64,000 nt of DNA from Octopus vulgaris (Eukaryota), in contig OX597828.1 in the NCBI GenBank assembly GCA_951406725.2, positions 38,936,001-39,000,000 on the forward strand, read 5' to 3'. The translations under genes and the position numbers were made by a program. Of the stretch, positions 40,438 through 54,170 are shown one piece after another. A model generated the notes under the pieces. That model made no database searches. It was given only the letters and a program-made list of their open reading frames with translations, and was not told the origin of the DNA. How positions within the stretch are numbered: the stretch's first letter is position 1; each line of letters begins with the position of its first letter.

Positions 40438-40676
40438 ACTGAAGCAAAAGCAATTGCAGCAATGAAGGTGTTTATAAGATATTTTAAAACACATAAAAAC
40501 CATTAGATTCACTTCAACATTTAAAACATGAAATTATGTCAGTGAACAGGTGGCGATTTCAAAGCGATGAAAATATTTTGACAAATTGAATTTAAATGTC
40601 GAAGTGAATCTAACAGTTTTTGTGTGTTTTTAAATGGCTTATAAACACCTTCCACGCTGCAATTGTTTACTTCAGT
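40438..40676. repeat. about 240-bp fold-back element (arms about 87 bp)
   Basis: caattgcagc..gaaggtgtttataag..ttagattcacttc.acatttaaa pairs with tttaaatgt.gaagtgaatctaa..cttataaacaccttc..gctgcaattg. Confidence 0.87.
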
Positions 40677-41896
40677 TGGATATTATTTTATCCATCTATA
40701 TTTACTGGACAGCTAAGTTATGCTTTTTAATGCAACACTAGTTTTAAACTTAATCAGACACACACACACACACAAACACATGACCAGGTTACTTCTGAAT
40801 TCCACTCACAAGGAACTGGTTAGTCTGCTGTAGAAGATAGCTGAACAGGATACTACAAAGTGAAACCAAACCCAGAATCTCATGCTTGCAAAGCAAACTT
40901 GTTAAAAGCATAACCATAATTCTGATCATGAATTCTTTCCAGTTTCTGCATTATCTATAAAAATACTTTGGTGACTCATGAAGAATTCTCCATGCAACAC
41001 ATCTGGAGACAATAAGTCTGCCAGGTTACATCCTTCTCCAAGTTGTATCCGTAAATGATGTAAAACTCAGCATTGTTAGTAAACATACAAACCTATCAGT
41101 TTCCCCGGCTCTGCCACTATTGCTATTGCTAACAGGACTGAGTTGGCCCTGTTCTATGTGACTTAGGTTTTTATTGTATGGTAATTCAATGACTAAAAAT
41201 TACACCCACCATCAGTGCTATCTTAAGGCCTTTAGTTGACCAAATCGACCCCAGGACTTATTCTTTGTAAGCCTAGTACTTATTCTATTGGTCTCTTTTG
41301 CCGAACCACTAAGTTACAGGGATGTAAACACAGCAGCATCGGTTGTCAAGTGATGGTGGGGGAGAAAAACACAGGACGAGGTGGTCAAGCATGACCTTCG
41401 TACAGTGAGCCTCACAGAGGCTATGACGAAAGAGCTTTCTTCAGCAAAACATAGTCTTTACCTGTATGTGCCAGTCTATAAGATGACTGGGGAACACTGA
41501 TAAGGGAAATTTTTAAGAAGTAATATGTACTAGCCTTTAAATGATATCTCAATCTGCAAGAAATCTCAGCAAAATCTCCCTGAAAATTAAATCCCAGCAT
41601 CTTCAGAAATAATAAACAAAAGAAAGGACATCCTGGATAATGTAGGTCCAGAACCTCGTAAAAGAAATGGAATGGTCATAGTTGGAATGTTTTGATCAAA
41701 AGTTTACCCAATTAAGGTTAACCTGAGGTTAAGTAACCACAACAAAAACTAAATTTTAGTGAGCCATTTCAGAGTTGAGCAGTGTTTTGGTCTCAGACAC
41801 ACTGCAGTTCTAATGACATGGCAGTAACTGTACCCTCTTGTTTGGCTATTTCTGCATCTTTGTCAATTCTCATTAACAGAATTTACAGTCAGAAAC

Positions 41897-42130
41897 AGGC
41901 GGTGAGCTGGCAGAAATGTTAGCACACCGGGCGAAATGCTTAGTGGTATTTCATCTACCATTGCGTTCTGAGTTTAAATTCTGCCGAGGTCGACTTTGCC
42001 TTTCATCCTTTCGGGGTTGATAAATTAAGTACCATTTACGCACTGGGGTCGATGTAATCGACTTAATCCCTTTGTCTGTCCTTGTTTGTCCCCTCTATGT
42101 TTAGCCCCTTGTGGGCAATAAAGAAATAAG
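41897..42130 (+). mobile_element. SINE family B (Deu/Nin-domain-like)
   Basis: ggcggtgagctggcagaa..gcctttcatcctttcggggttgataaattaagtacc; TSD-like agaatttacagtcaga on both sides. Other copies at about 3845-4015(-), 10943-11172(-), 27436-27650, 28010-28230, 28748-28975, 43150-43340(-) and 51205-51570. Confidence 0.85.
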
Positions 42131-43398
42131 AATTTACAGTCAGATAATCAATCAAATAAACAGCAAATTGGCAAAGTTGTTAAAGTAACAGATTGGATGC
42201 CTTGCTGTTTATTCTGACCCCCTGTGCTCTGAGTTTAAATCTCACCAAGGCCAACTTTACCTTTCCTTCTCTTCCAGGATTGATAAATAAAGTAACAATC
42301 CAGGCAATGGATTGGCAGAATAATTGAAGAAAATCCCTCACATGACATGTCTTGTAGCGCTGCTTCCAGCTCTTTGCTGTCCCCTGTGTATCTTTCTCCC
42401 ACTCTCTACTATCTTTCATTCCTTCTCCTTTCTTCTCACTCCCTTTGTTTCTTTCCCTCATCTTATCTCTTGTCCTCCTTCTCCTCTGTTTCCACGTGAC
42501 TACAGTTCAATTTTTATAAACTAGCATCAACCTCTTGACTTCAGGAAAGGCGCTTTCAGGACCCAACTAACTGTGGTAGGTCTTTGATGTCCGATGGAGT
42601 GACATGTTGATTGGAGCACCACCAATGTGCATGAATGTAAAAACGAATGCCCCCTGTATTGAAGTGGTATACAAACTAGAACAGAAAAACTGTAGGATAC
42701 ACATGACACCTAGTTTAACTTACTGCTCCCTACACACCCTTGTTGTTACAGTTGTTTAGTATCAAATAATCCCTGATGAAACAGATCTGGAATCAAATGT
42801 AATTCAGTCAATGTTCAGCCTTTTTTTTTTTTTCTGTATTGGTGCACAGAAATTCACTTGGTGTGCAAATTTTGTATTTTATTACAGAGTATGTGTGTAT
42901 TCATGTGAGTAATTTCTGCTCAAATTTCTTCAATTAAAAATATATGATTTCATCATTAAAACCTTCTGTGCACACATTTTTTCCATTTCCTTGTCACAAA
43001 ACATCTGTGTAAGCACATACATGCACAGCTTAGAGAGAACACTGATTCTAACCATGGCTATCCTGTCTTCCTTTTTTTTTTTTTTTTGCAGAGAGATTGT
43101 ATGCTGGATTGCACACTCAAACATTATCAAGGAGACTTGGCTGTTGTCTTTCTGCTATAAGCACAAGGCCTGAAATTGAAGGAGAGGAGGCAGTCGATTA
43201 CATTGACCCCAGTGCTCAACTCTTCCGCCTTTTATCAACCCTGGAAAAATGAAAGGCAAAGTTTGACCTTGGTAGAATATGAACTGAGAATGTTAAGAGC
43301 CAGAGAAATATTACTGAGCATTTTGTTTGACATGCAAACTCTTCTATCAGCTCACCACATTCTTAGCTATTATTTCTAACAAGTTTAATAATAACATT

Positions 43399-43722
43399 GT
43401 GAAGGCATGTGGCTTAGTGGTTAGGGTATTCAGCTCCTGATTGTAAGGTCATGAGTTCAATTCCCAGTGACGCGTTGTGCCCTTGAGCAAGACACTTTAT
43501 TTCACATTGCTCCAGTCCATTCAGCTGGCAAAAATGAATTGTACCTGTATTTCAAAGGGCCGGCCTTGTCACACTCTGTGTCATGCTGAATCTCCCTGAG
43601 AACTATGTTAGGAGTACACATGTCTGTAGAGTGCTCAATCACTAGCACGTTAATTTCACGAGCAAGCTGTTCCGTTGATCACATCAGCTGGGACCCTCAT
43701 CGTCCTAACCAATGGAGTGCTC
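43399..43722 (+). mobile_element. tRNA-SINE family D
   Basis: TGGCTTAGTGGttagg..GAGTTCAATTCCC..ccttgagcaagacactt. Other copies at about 2038-2350 and 23438-23711. Confidence 0.83.
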
Positions 43723-44374
43723 CTAATAATAACATAAGTACTCTCTTGATGTTCCATGCTACTAGATAGAGTACCCACACTATTTTCCATGCTTCTGTTT
43801 CTGTACCAGTGATTCCTCAGGGGAATTACAACCATGTTTTGTGGTCTGCTACTACAACAGCTCCTTTATAGGATCCAGTTAGCTCAAGACATCATCAGGA
43901 GGAACCACGTCCGGTTTCGGCTCATACTCCTCTACTGTTTTGACGTGGCGGGCTCCCTCCCTTTCGGAGGTGTTGGGTGCATGTCTTCTTTCTTCTTCTT
44001 TCTTCTGTTCCCTGGCCTCTTCGATGTATTGTCAGCGAGTGTCAGCAGGTGACTGACTGACTTGTCAAATTTTTTCCTTTAAATACCTGCCGCAAGGCTC
44101 CGGCATGCAGCCCCAGTAAGTTGTCACGTGACACTGTCTCACCTTAACTGACTTTTCTTTGAGCTGACCTATGATAAAAAGATTGTAGGGGAAAGATCAT
44201 GCTAAATGCGGTGCAGCTATAACCCCCACAACATATACATATGCACACAACATTAATCTTAATCCAGGATTGTAGCAAAAATTGTCCCTATAATCAAGGC
44301 AACAATTTTCATTATGTTTTACATTCAAAAGTCTTACAAATACATGAGACATGGTAGTTGTTGATAATCTAAAG

Positions 44375-45089
44375 CAGTGCTACTCAAAGTGGTGGTCCAT
44401 GAACTGGTGCCAGTTTGCAAGCCATCAGCTGCTGGTACGCAGTGAGCTTCCAGAAAAGAAAGAAACATTATAAAATGCTTATAAAATGCTTATGTAATAT
44501 TGTATTATTTGTTTACAAAATGAATACAAGATTTTAAAAATTATCAACTCTTATTATTATATTCATTATATATATATACGGAGGCGCAATGGCCCAGTGG
44601 TTAGGGCAGCGGACTCGCGGTCATAGGATAGCGGTTTCGATTCCCAGACTGGGCGTTGTGAGTGTTTATTGAGCGAAAACACCTAAAGCTCCACGAGGCT
44701 CCGGCAGGGGATGGTGGTGATCCCTGCTGTACTCTTTCACCACAACTTTCTCTCACTCTTACTTCCTGTTTCTGTTGTACCTGTATTTCAAAGGGCCGGC
44801 CTTGTCACTCTCTGTGTCACGCTGAATATCCCCGAGAACTACGTTAAGGGTACACGTGTCTGTGGAGTGCTCAGCCACTTACACGTTAATTTCACGAGCA
44901 GGCTGTTCCGTTGATTCGGATCAACCGGAACCCTCATCGTCGTAACCGACGGAGTGCTTCCATCCACCATATATATACATTGTTTCCAGTATAAATTAAT
45001 ATTACTAAGAAATATTACCAGTCCCTGGCACATTGGAAAACAAAAAAAAAACTGCCTGTACACCACATCAGATAGTTTGAGAGGCACTG
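44375..45089. mobile_element. hAT (Charlie/Buster-like) MITE with a nested SINE
   Basis: TIRs cagtgctactcaaa / tttgagaggcactg; 8-bp TSD atctaaag / atctaatg. Confidence 0.82.
44580..44960 (+). mobile_element. tRNA-SINE family C head joined to a family D tail
   Basis: ggaggcgcaaTGGCCCAGTGGttagg..GGTTTCGATTCCC. From about 44775 it matches the 3' half of 43399-43722. CpG-rich, so probably young. Confidence 0.85.
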
Positions 45090-45544
45090 ATCTAATGAAC
45101 ATATCTGTTCTACTGTGGTTAACATCATCCATTCATTAGACCAGTGGTTTTCAACCAGGATCCACATGGTTCTTAGGATCCATATGGCCCTTGGAGGTTC
45201 ACGTAAGATTTTGTTGTTAAAATTTATGTGCAGCAAATTGGTCATACTTCTACAATACACAAAATATTTTAATTCTTCTTTTTTTGATACAATTTCTAAT
45301 AATATTTAATTATAAAAATATAACTCTTTTTTACTTTTTTACTTGTTTCAGTCATTTGACTGTGGCCATGCTGGAGCACCACCTTTAGTTGAGCAAATCG
45401 ACCCCAGGACTTATTCTTTGTAAGCCTAGTACTTATTCTATCAGTCACTTTTGTCAAACCGCTAAGTTATGGGGATGTAAACACACCAGCATCGGTTGTC
45501 AAGCGATATTGGGGGGACAAACATACACACACACACACATACAT

Positions 45545-45625
<81 letters not shown>

Positions 45626-47327
45626 CAGATATATACGACAAGCTTCTTTCAGTTTCCATCTACTGTAGTAATGAAAAAAGAATTAATCAATTAAAGTTAT
45701 CGTCATCATCATCATCATCATCATTCTCATCATCATCATCATCATCATGTAAAAATAAGAAAAATCGTTATTCTGTTAACCCTTGTGATACCAAACCGCC
45801 TGAGATCATTCTTTGTTCTTTGATATAAACTTCAACTTTAAAAAATGCTTTCTCTTAAAATCTTCCACCAAAATTTCGCAGGAATTTATGTTCCAAATGC
45901 CAGCTTATTAATGATATAGTTTCTACCTTCCTTTCTTTTCAAAATTTCCAAAATTGATTCCAACAAAAGCTGTATTTTTCAAAAGAAATATGATAACAAA
46001 AGGCACAAGAATAATTCTCGTCAAGAAATACAAGAGGAACAACTCTGAAATCCAAACTGATTAAAAATTTAAATGTGGACCTACTATTAGAACTGAATCT
46101 ACATTGATTTTCTTTTCTTCTAAAAGGTGTGGCTGTGTGGTAAGATGTTTGCTTCCCAATGACATGGTCCCAAGTTCAGTCCCACTGCATGAAATACAAT
46201 TTGAAATTAATTTTAGATTAATTTCATTCCAAAGTTGTCTGCCTTCCCTTCTTTTTCAAGAGTTATCATTGACACAAATGATTTTTTTTTCCTTCTTCTT
46301 TTCACCACTGGTATATATTTGATAAATTTTGAAAAATGTTTCTATTACTCACTGCGTTATGCATCTTAGTAACCACACGTAACTATATTACCTAAGAAAG
46401 ACATCTTAATAAACAGCAGACATCACAGCTCTAGCAGCAGCAGTAGTGGCAATGGTGGTGGTGGTGGTGGTGGTAGATAGGGTGTTTGTGTTTGAAATGA
46501 TCTGGACATTGGTCAGCTGCTCAATCACTGCTGACCAGAGAGCGAAATTTCAATCAGATGACATAAGCACATTCACACACACACACACACACAAATATAT
46601 TCTGAACACAGACATCATGCCACACATTTCTTTCATTGTCAATTTTATGTTATGATATTGCATGCGTTTTAATCATTTTATTTTGATACCTTTCACACTT
46701 ACGGGGTGGGGGAGCAGCGGTGGCGGGGGTGGGGGTTGTGGTGGTGGTGGTAGAAAAGAGGATGATAGTACAGTGGATAATAATGATAGTATCAGTGATT
46801 ATGATAGTGATGATGATGATGATGGCGACAATGACAGCGGCGGTGGTGGCAGTGGTGATGATGATGATGTTGATGAATATGATGATGATGATTATGATGA
46901 TGTGATGATGATGATGTAATTTCTACCAGGAACTAATAAGTTGTTCCCAGGTATTTTTCTTCCTTTTTCTTCTTGCACCTTATCTTTCTTTTTCCATTTT
47001 TTTGTCCCCCACCATCACCACCACCACCACCACCACCACCACCACCATTACTACCTCTAAGTTGACTCAGCTGTTCATTACAACTCATTAATTAGTGAAT
47101 ATCTTTAAACTTTTGTTAATTCCAATTTACTTGGAATAATATATCAGTTATTCAAGAAACCATTGTGTTAGCTAATTAATCAAGGTGAAAAACATCTATT
47201 AATTTATTTATTTGTCTATTTCTTTCTTTCTTTACTCTTACCTTACATTCAACGGAATCTAAGTAAAACACCACTAACTGTCTCACTCTTGGTATTACTT
47301 AAATATAAAGGAGAAAGATTAATTTTT

Positions 47328-47667
47328 TATTAAGCAATCTCTGATATACAATGGTAGATAAAGCCATGAAGGTAAGAATTTAACATAGATTTTGAGCGAT
47401 AAATTGTAGGCATTACACTGGGGAACAAGGTTTTTGTTGTCTGATGTTGGAGATATGTCTCCTACTAATTCTGGGTGCCAATTTCAAAAATGAAATCTAT
47501 TAAGCAATCTCTGATATACAATGGTAGATGAAGCCATGAAGGTAAGAATTTAATATAGATTTTGAGTAACAAATTGCAGGCATTACACTGGGGAACAAGG
47601 CTTTTGTTGTCTGATGTTGGAGACATGTTTCCTACTAATTCTGGGTGCCAATTTCAAAAATGAAATC
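47328..47667. repeat. 170-bp tandem duplication, slightly diverged
   Basis: taagcaatctctgatatacaatggtagat occurs at 47331 and 47501, with scattered substitutions between the copies. Confidence 0.92.
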
Positions 47668-48312
47668 CATTTTGCTCTATCACGTCAAGATTTTCCACAA
47701 ACTGAGATGTCCATTTTTCAACATTTCTGGTATTGTCACCATTTCTAAGGATAGATTTGACTCCATCAAATGCAAACCCATGTCTGGAGCTTGACATAAC
47801 TTTGAAAACAGTTTTTTCAATGTCATTTAAAGTAAATACAAAAGTTCTGACTTAAGAATGTAAATAAAAAGTATCAAACTTGAGCAACTTTTAGTATTTT
47901 CAACTTAACCAGTTTCAAAAGTCATGATGATGACAGAAATGTCCTTCATACAATTAGATGTTAAGAAACAACATATTTTTGTGGCCTTTGATACCATACG
48001 TCTCATATTTGCAGAATTTATCTGCAGATATGTCCACGCTTTGCTTAATTTAGTGTGACTATCATTGCATGTAACAATATGCATGAGAACACATACATAA
48101 AACATACAAATCTGCACATACATACATACACACATACATACATACATACATACATACATACATACATACCCTGTTGTTGATGTTGAAATTCCAATGAAGG
48201 AACCTTGGATCTAGGTTAGAAACCGGTTCGTTGTCTATTGGCAAGAAATCTTGAAATAAACTGAATACTGACATACACACTCATATATAAGCATGCATGC
48301 ACACACAAATCA

Positions 48313-48513
48313 TTTAATATACACAATTACAAAATAGTTACTAACAGTTTCATGCTTTAAGATACACTAAATTGGCAGATTCATATAACATGCCATATAT
48401 TTCCAGCCTGAAAGACTGCTTGGAGATACATGACATGTTATTTAAATCTACCAATTTAATGTATCTTAAAGCATGAAACTGTTAGTAGTTATTTTGCAAT
48501 TGTGTATATTAAA
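48313..48513. repeat. about 200-bp imperfect palindrome
   Basis: tttaatatacacaatt..actaacagtttcatgctttaagatac pairs with gtatcttaaagcatgaaactgttagt..aattgtgtatattaaa. The loop contains CTGAAAGA. Confidence 0.9.
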
Positions 48514-48898
48514 AGATATTTACTTCTCACTGGAGTACTTTTTTGTTGATACATTGGAACTGTAAACTACATTATCCGCAGTGAATTTTTTCATCCAGTT
48601 TATACATATATACGACAGGCTTCTTTCAGTTTCCGTCTACCAAATCCACTCACAAGGCATTGGTCGGCCCGGGGCTATAGCAGAAGACACTTGCCCAAGA
48701 TGCCATGCAGTGGGACTGAACCCGGAATCATGTGGTTGGTTAGCAAGCTACTTACCACAGCCACTCCTGCGCCTACAGAGAGACTCCTGCAGAGAGACTT
48801 TTTGAACACCCTGTATGTAACTGAAGCTTGTATCATCTTATCTGTGATGTGCAACATTCTCAGCACTGCCTTAAAGACTGTTTCTCTCTCTCTCTCTA

Positions 48899-48949
<51 letters not shown>

Positions 48950-48951
<2 letters not shown>

Positions 48952-49250
48952 AGGTGCAAAGGCCCAGTGGTTAGGGCAGTGGACTCGCGATCGTCATAGG
49001 ATCCCAGTTTCGATTCCCAGACTGGGCGTTGTGAGTGTGTATTGAGCGAAAGCACCTAAAGCTCAATGAGGCTCCAGCAGGGGGTGGTGGCGATCCCTGC
49101 TGTACTCTTTCGCCACAACTTTCTCTCACTCTTTCTTCTGTTGGCCTGCTCACTTAACCAGTGAGGTAGCTAAAACAATGTGAAGCGCATTGTGACCAGC
49201 GATGTATAGCAACATCTGATAGCCTGGTCGATCACAGTGATCACAGTGAT
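48950..49250 (+). mobile_element. tRNA-SINE family C with a different 3' tail
   Basis: The first ~190 bp match the 44580 copy; the tail ends in (gatcacagt)2. Confidence 0.83.
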
Positions 49251-50064
49251 ATATATATGTAAAAATATGTTACTTGTGACTAAATGTATATTTTAAAGAA
49301 GTGAAATGACTGTCAGTATGATGGCACTGACTTACCATTCTATTCTCAGTCATATAATATGCTTGATACATAATTAAGGAAAATAAATAAATGAAATGTT
49401 TATTATATAAATATCATAAGGACAAGTAAATATAAAAAAATAAAAGAAAATAAATAAAACCCAACATAAATAAAGACTTGTGTTTATTTTAGCCCAGAGC
49501 AGAGATTTTATTTTAAGGTGCTCAAATAATTTATCTTCAGCCCTTCAGCTCAGTTAATCCCCTAACAACAATGAATTCTATAAAATAATCGTGTTTAGTA
49601 ATCCCTACAGATCCCCTTATTTTCTAAAACAAGATAAAGAGATGCAAAATCAACAACAACAGCAACAAAAACTATCAGTGGTGTTATTAACAATTAGTTG
49701 TTTTTTGAGGGTTTTTTTTTTATTTACTGCTAATAATTTAAGGAGATAACAAAATTAATTTACATACACACACATTACACTCAAGGTTGGGAAACCCAGC
49801 AGTGAGCAATGTTCTAAATAGCTTACTAGGATTAAAATGGCCAGTCTTCTCGATAACCATTTTGTGTGAATATATGTATATATATATGATGATGATGATG
49901 ATGATGTATAAACACACACACATACACACAAACATACATACTCACATGCATACATACATACATACATACATACATACATACACACATACATGCATGTTCC
50001 TGATGGTTCTCTGAAATGAGATGAAACTGCTAAATGAATACTTTTCCGAATATATATATATGTG

Positions 50065-50164
<100 letters not shown>

Positions 50165-50362
50165 TATATTTATGTATATGTATATATAATTGAAATTTAC
50201 AGAAAAACAAAAGACAAAGATAGCTGAATTAGTTTAACACTCAGGAAAGTGGGAAAGTCTTTTACATTTCAAGCCTATTCTCTTCAACAGAAAGGAACAC
50301 AAGGAAATAAACAGAGAGATAATAAAAAAAAAACTTTTGGAGTTGGGGGCAATCATGGCGAC

Positions 50363-50414
<52 letters not shown>

Positions 50415-50436
50415 CTATCTACATATATATATACAT

Positions 50437-50477
<41 letters not shown>

Positions 50478-52504
50478 CTGTGTGTGTGTGTGTGTTTGTG
50501 CATGCATGTATGAGTGAATGTATCTTTGGATAGACAAGCAAGAAAAACAAGTACTTGATATTAGTGGTAGACGCCTTTATCAATTTATTTAAATCTGACA
50601 CTTCACTTCATTGCAACTTAAGAGTTTCTTGTTGCTATCATATTCCTGAAGATGATTTATGGGGACATGATAGCAACAGAAAACTCAGAGCAGTAATGGT
50701 ATAAAGATTTGGCTTGCAAAAAAATGTGTGCATATGTACATGTGTGTGATATAAAGAGGTGGGGAGCGCAAAGAGAGCTTAACATTAAACATGGAAGATA
50801 CGTGCACCTACTAGGCTTGATGAGAGTGAGGGAGTATAACTCCTAATTGGTGCCCCACCACATATTTTTCTGAAAAAAACCCCCCACTTTTTTTCTTCCC
50901 TTTTCTTAAATGAAATTTTGCAAAGATGGAGTTGAATACAATTATGTTGATAAAATTTAGAAAAATAATAACATATATTTACTGCAAATATACAAATGAG
51001 AAATTTGTTCCATTTATTTTTATTTTAAGATAGTATTTTTCTTTTGAAAATTAGCATTCATCATTTTGTATTTGCACTACGAAATTTGGTAAAACTTAAA
51101 CTATAATTACTATATGTATGCCATATTTCCTGATATTAGCCACTGTGACAAAAATATACTTGTTATACAATGGGCAACACTCTCGTATATCACATAAATA
51201 CTATGGAGGCAAGCTGGCAGAAATGTTAGCACGCCAAGCGAAATGCTTAGTGGTATTTCGTCTGGGTTACGTTGTGAGTTCAAAATCCGCCGAGGTCGAC
51301 TTTGCCTTTCATCCTTTCGGGGTCGATAAATTAAGTACCAGTTACGCACTGGGGTCGATGTAATCGACTTAATACCCATGTCTATCCTTGTTTGTCCCCT
51401 GTGTTTAGCCCCTTGTGGGTAATAAAGAAATAGGTATTTCATCAGTCTTTACATTCTGAGTTCAAATTCGCTGAGGTTGACTTTGCCTTTCATCCTTTCG
51501 GTCTCGATAAATTAAGTACTAGTTGTATACTGGGGTTGATCTAATTGATTGGACCCCTCCCCCAAAATTTTGATCACATAAATATTACATTTGATAGCAT
51601 AAAAGATACACAGTAACATAAGATACACTCCAATTTCAGCAATGCGTATTCAAGGGAAATAAGTTTTCAGTGCTTTAAAACTTTTGAGTGACCCAATTTC
51701 ACATATAGGACTTGGAGTAATTTTTTTGGAAAATTTTTTAAAACTTTTTATTGTCAACATTGTGTCTACCCCTCAAGATCAAGAATGGTGGAAGACAACA
51801 ATAAAATGTCTAAACAAATTTCCAAGTGAGACAGGTGGTTCCAAATGAAGGGTCTCTTCTAGGCTGTTCCTTTCTATCTTTTCTGTGCCTCCTCTTGTTC
51901 AGCAATCCCACTGGTCTCATAAGTTGTTAGTTCCTCTTTGATGATGGGTCTCCAGTGTTCTCAATGAATACCAACCAAATGTTGGTGCAAACCTCACTCA
52001 AGCCAACTGTCACCTCCTTGATGTCATGTCCACAAGCTCAAAGTTAGGAGGACCAAAAGGACATCAATGTTCTCTAACAACTACATAGACACCTAAATCA
52101 ATTAGCAAAAACATAATGCACAAGCTACCAAGTCATGCAAATGATGGCTTTGCTTGCATGTATCTCAGACATTATTTGGTGTATGTGACCCTCCTTTGAA
52201 ACAGAAGAGTGTGATTTGATGGAGATTTACCTGCTATTTCTTGGCAGTAGATTGGCAGAGTCATACCTTGTGATATTTCTTCCAGCTCTTTGCATTCTGA
52301 TTTCAAACCTTACTGAGGTCAACTTTGCCTTTCGTTTTCCAGGGGTAAAGAAAATTAAATAGCAGCTCAGGGTGGTGGACTGGCAGAAATGTTCATGCAT
52401 CAGGCAAGATGCTTTGCAGTATTTGTTCTGGAACTTTGAATTCTGTATTCAGATCCCACAGTGGTAGATTTATTCCACCACCTTCTTCCAACATATCAGT
52501 CTCA

Positions 52505-52790
52505 GAGGCCCAGAAAAAGATCATAAGCACTGCCTTCTCTCTGAAAGGCAGGTTGTATGATGCTTGTGTATGGACAGCAATGCTACATGGTAATGAAATG
52601 TGGACTCTTTGAGGAAAGGACATGCAAAAACTAGAGAGGAACAAAGCTAGTATGCTCTACTGGATGTGCAACGTCAGTGTGCATGTATGACAGTGCTAAG
52701 GTATTGAGAGAAAAATTAGGCAAAAGGGGAATCAGCTGGAGTGTGCAAGAGAGACAGCTGTAATGTTTTGGTCATGTGATGTGTAGGAGA
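52505..52790 (+). mobile_element. RTE LINE 3' coding fragment
   Basis: LKGRLYDACVWTAMLHGNEMWTL; same family as the 39.0 kb copy. Confidence 0.75.
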
Positions 52791-53439
52791 AAGGGCAGAT
52801 GAGGTTATTTTTTCATTGACATTGAGGTCATTATCATCATCATCATCGTTTAACGTCCACTTTCCCTGCTAGCATGGGTAGGATGATTTGACTGAGGTTT
52901 GGTGAACCAGATGGCTGCACCAGACTCCAATCTGATCTGGCAGAGTTTCTACAGCTGGATGCCCTTCCTAATGCCAACCACTCCAAGAGTGTAGTGGGTG
53001 CTTTTACGTGCCACCAGCATAAGGGCCAGTCAGGTGGTACTGGCAACTGCCACGCTTAAATGGTGCTTTTTATGTGCCACCTGCACAGGAGCCAGTCCAG
53101 CAGCACTGACAATGACCTCACTCGAATGTTTTTTCACATGCCACCAGCACAAGTGCCAGTAAGGCGACGCAGCCAAAATATACTGGGGCCTGGTGCAGCT
53201 CTCTGGCATACCAGTCTCAGTTAAACTGTCTAACACATGCCAGCGTGGAAAAAGGATGCTAAATGATGATGATGATGATGCACTTTGATACAATGTTGTT
53301 TTGTTTTATTATCATTATTATTTTGTAAATCAGAAGTCTGCATAAGAATCACTTATAATCTTCCACTGTAAAAGTATCTTATGACCAGACATAGTGTATC
53401 TAGAACTACATTATACAATGTCTTTCACTTTTCAAGATG

Positions 53440-53640
53440 ATACAATGTGATGTGAATGAAATTTTGCTGTGAAGAAGTGCCACTACCAAACTGTTGAAGG
53501 AATCGGAGGTAGAGGTAGACCCAGGAAGACATGGGATGAGGTGGTCTAGCATGACCTTCGGATGTTGGGCCTCACAGAAGCAATGACAAAAGACCGAGAC
53601 CTCTGAAGATATGCTGTGACTGCAAAGACCTGACAAATAA
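53440..53640 (+). mobile_element. RTE LINE terminal fragment
   Basis: VEGIGGRGRPRKTWDEVV*HDLRMLGLTEAMTKDRD. Confidence 0.8.
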
Positions 53641-54170
53641 TGTGAGTTCATGGCTGTTTCCTGCACCAGCTTCACATAGCAGCCCCAGTCCATCTAAAGT
53701 ACCTTGGATCGCAGGATGGCCTTCTGTGCTTACCTTGGATCGTAGGGCAACCTGCTGTACTTGAGGAGACCTATTGAGTCAAGTACATCAACATCAAAAT
53801 AAAAATCAAATGGAAATTGTAGTTGTGATACCCAAGCCGGTGACATGTAAAAAGCACCATCTGAACATGGCTGATGCCAGCGCCGCCTTGACTGGCTTCC
53901 GTGCTGGTGGCACATAAAAAGCACCAACCGATCGTGGCCGTTTCCAGCCTCCCCTGGCACACTTACAATTTGGCCCCTGGTAAAAAAGAAATTGTTCCTC
54001 CAACACATACGTGGAGGTTTCCTTATAGAATTATTTTCTTTATAGATTGACACTTGTAAGGAAAGAAGGATGAAATGTGAAACAGTAGTAAAAGGTAATA
54101 AAAATAATAAACTTTATTTTCAACTGAATTATTTGGTAGCATTTAGTTTAAATCACAGTCATTTCATCAT

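Noticed and set aside
42765-42800. CTGATGAAAC as a hammerhead core
   Set aside because: No stem II between the core and GAAA; it resembles a different dispersed repeat (cf. ~8715-8760, 54615-54660).
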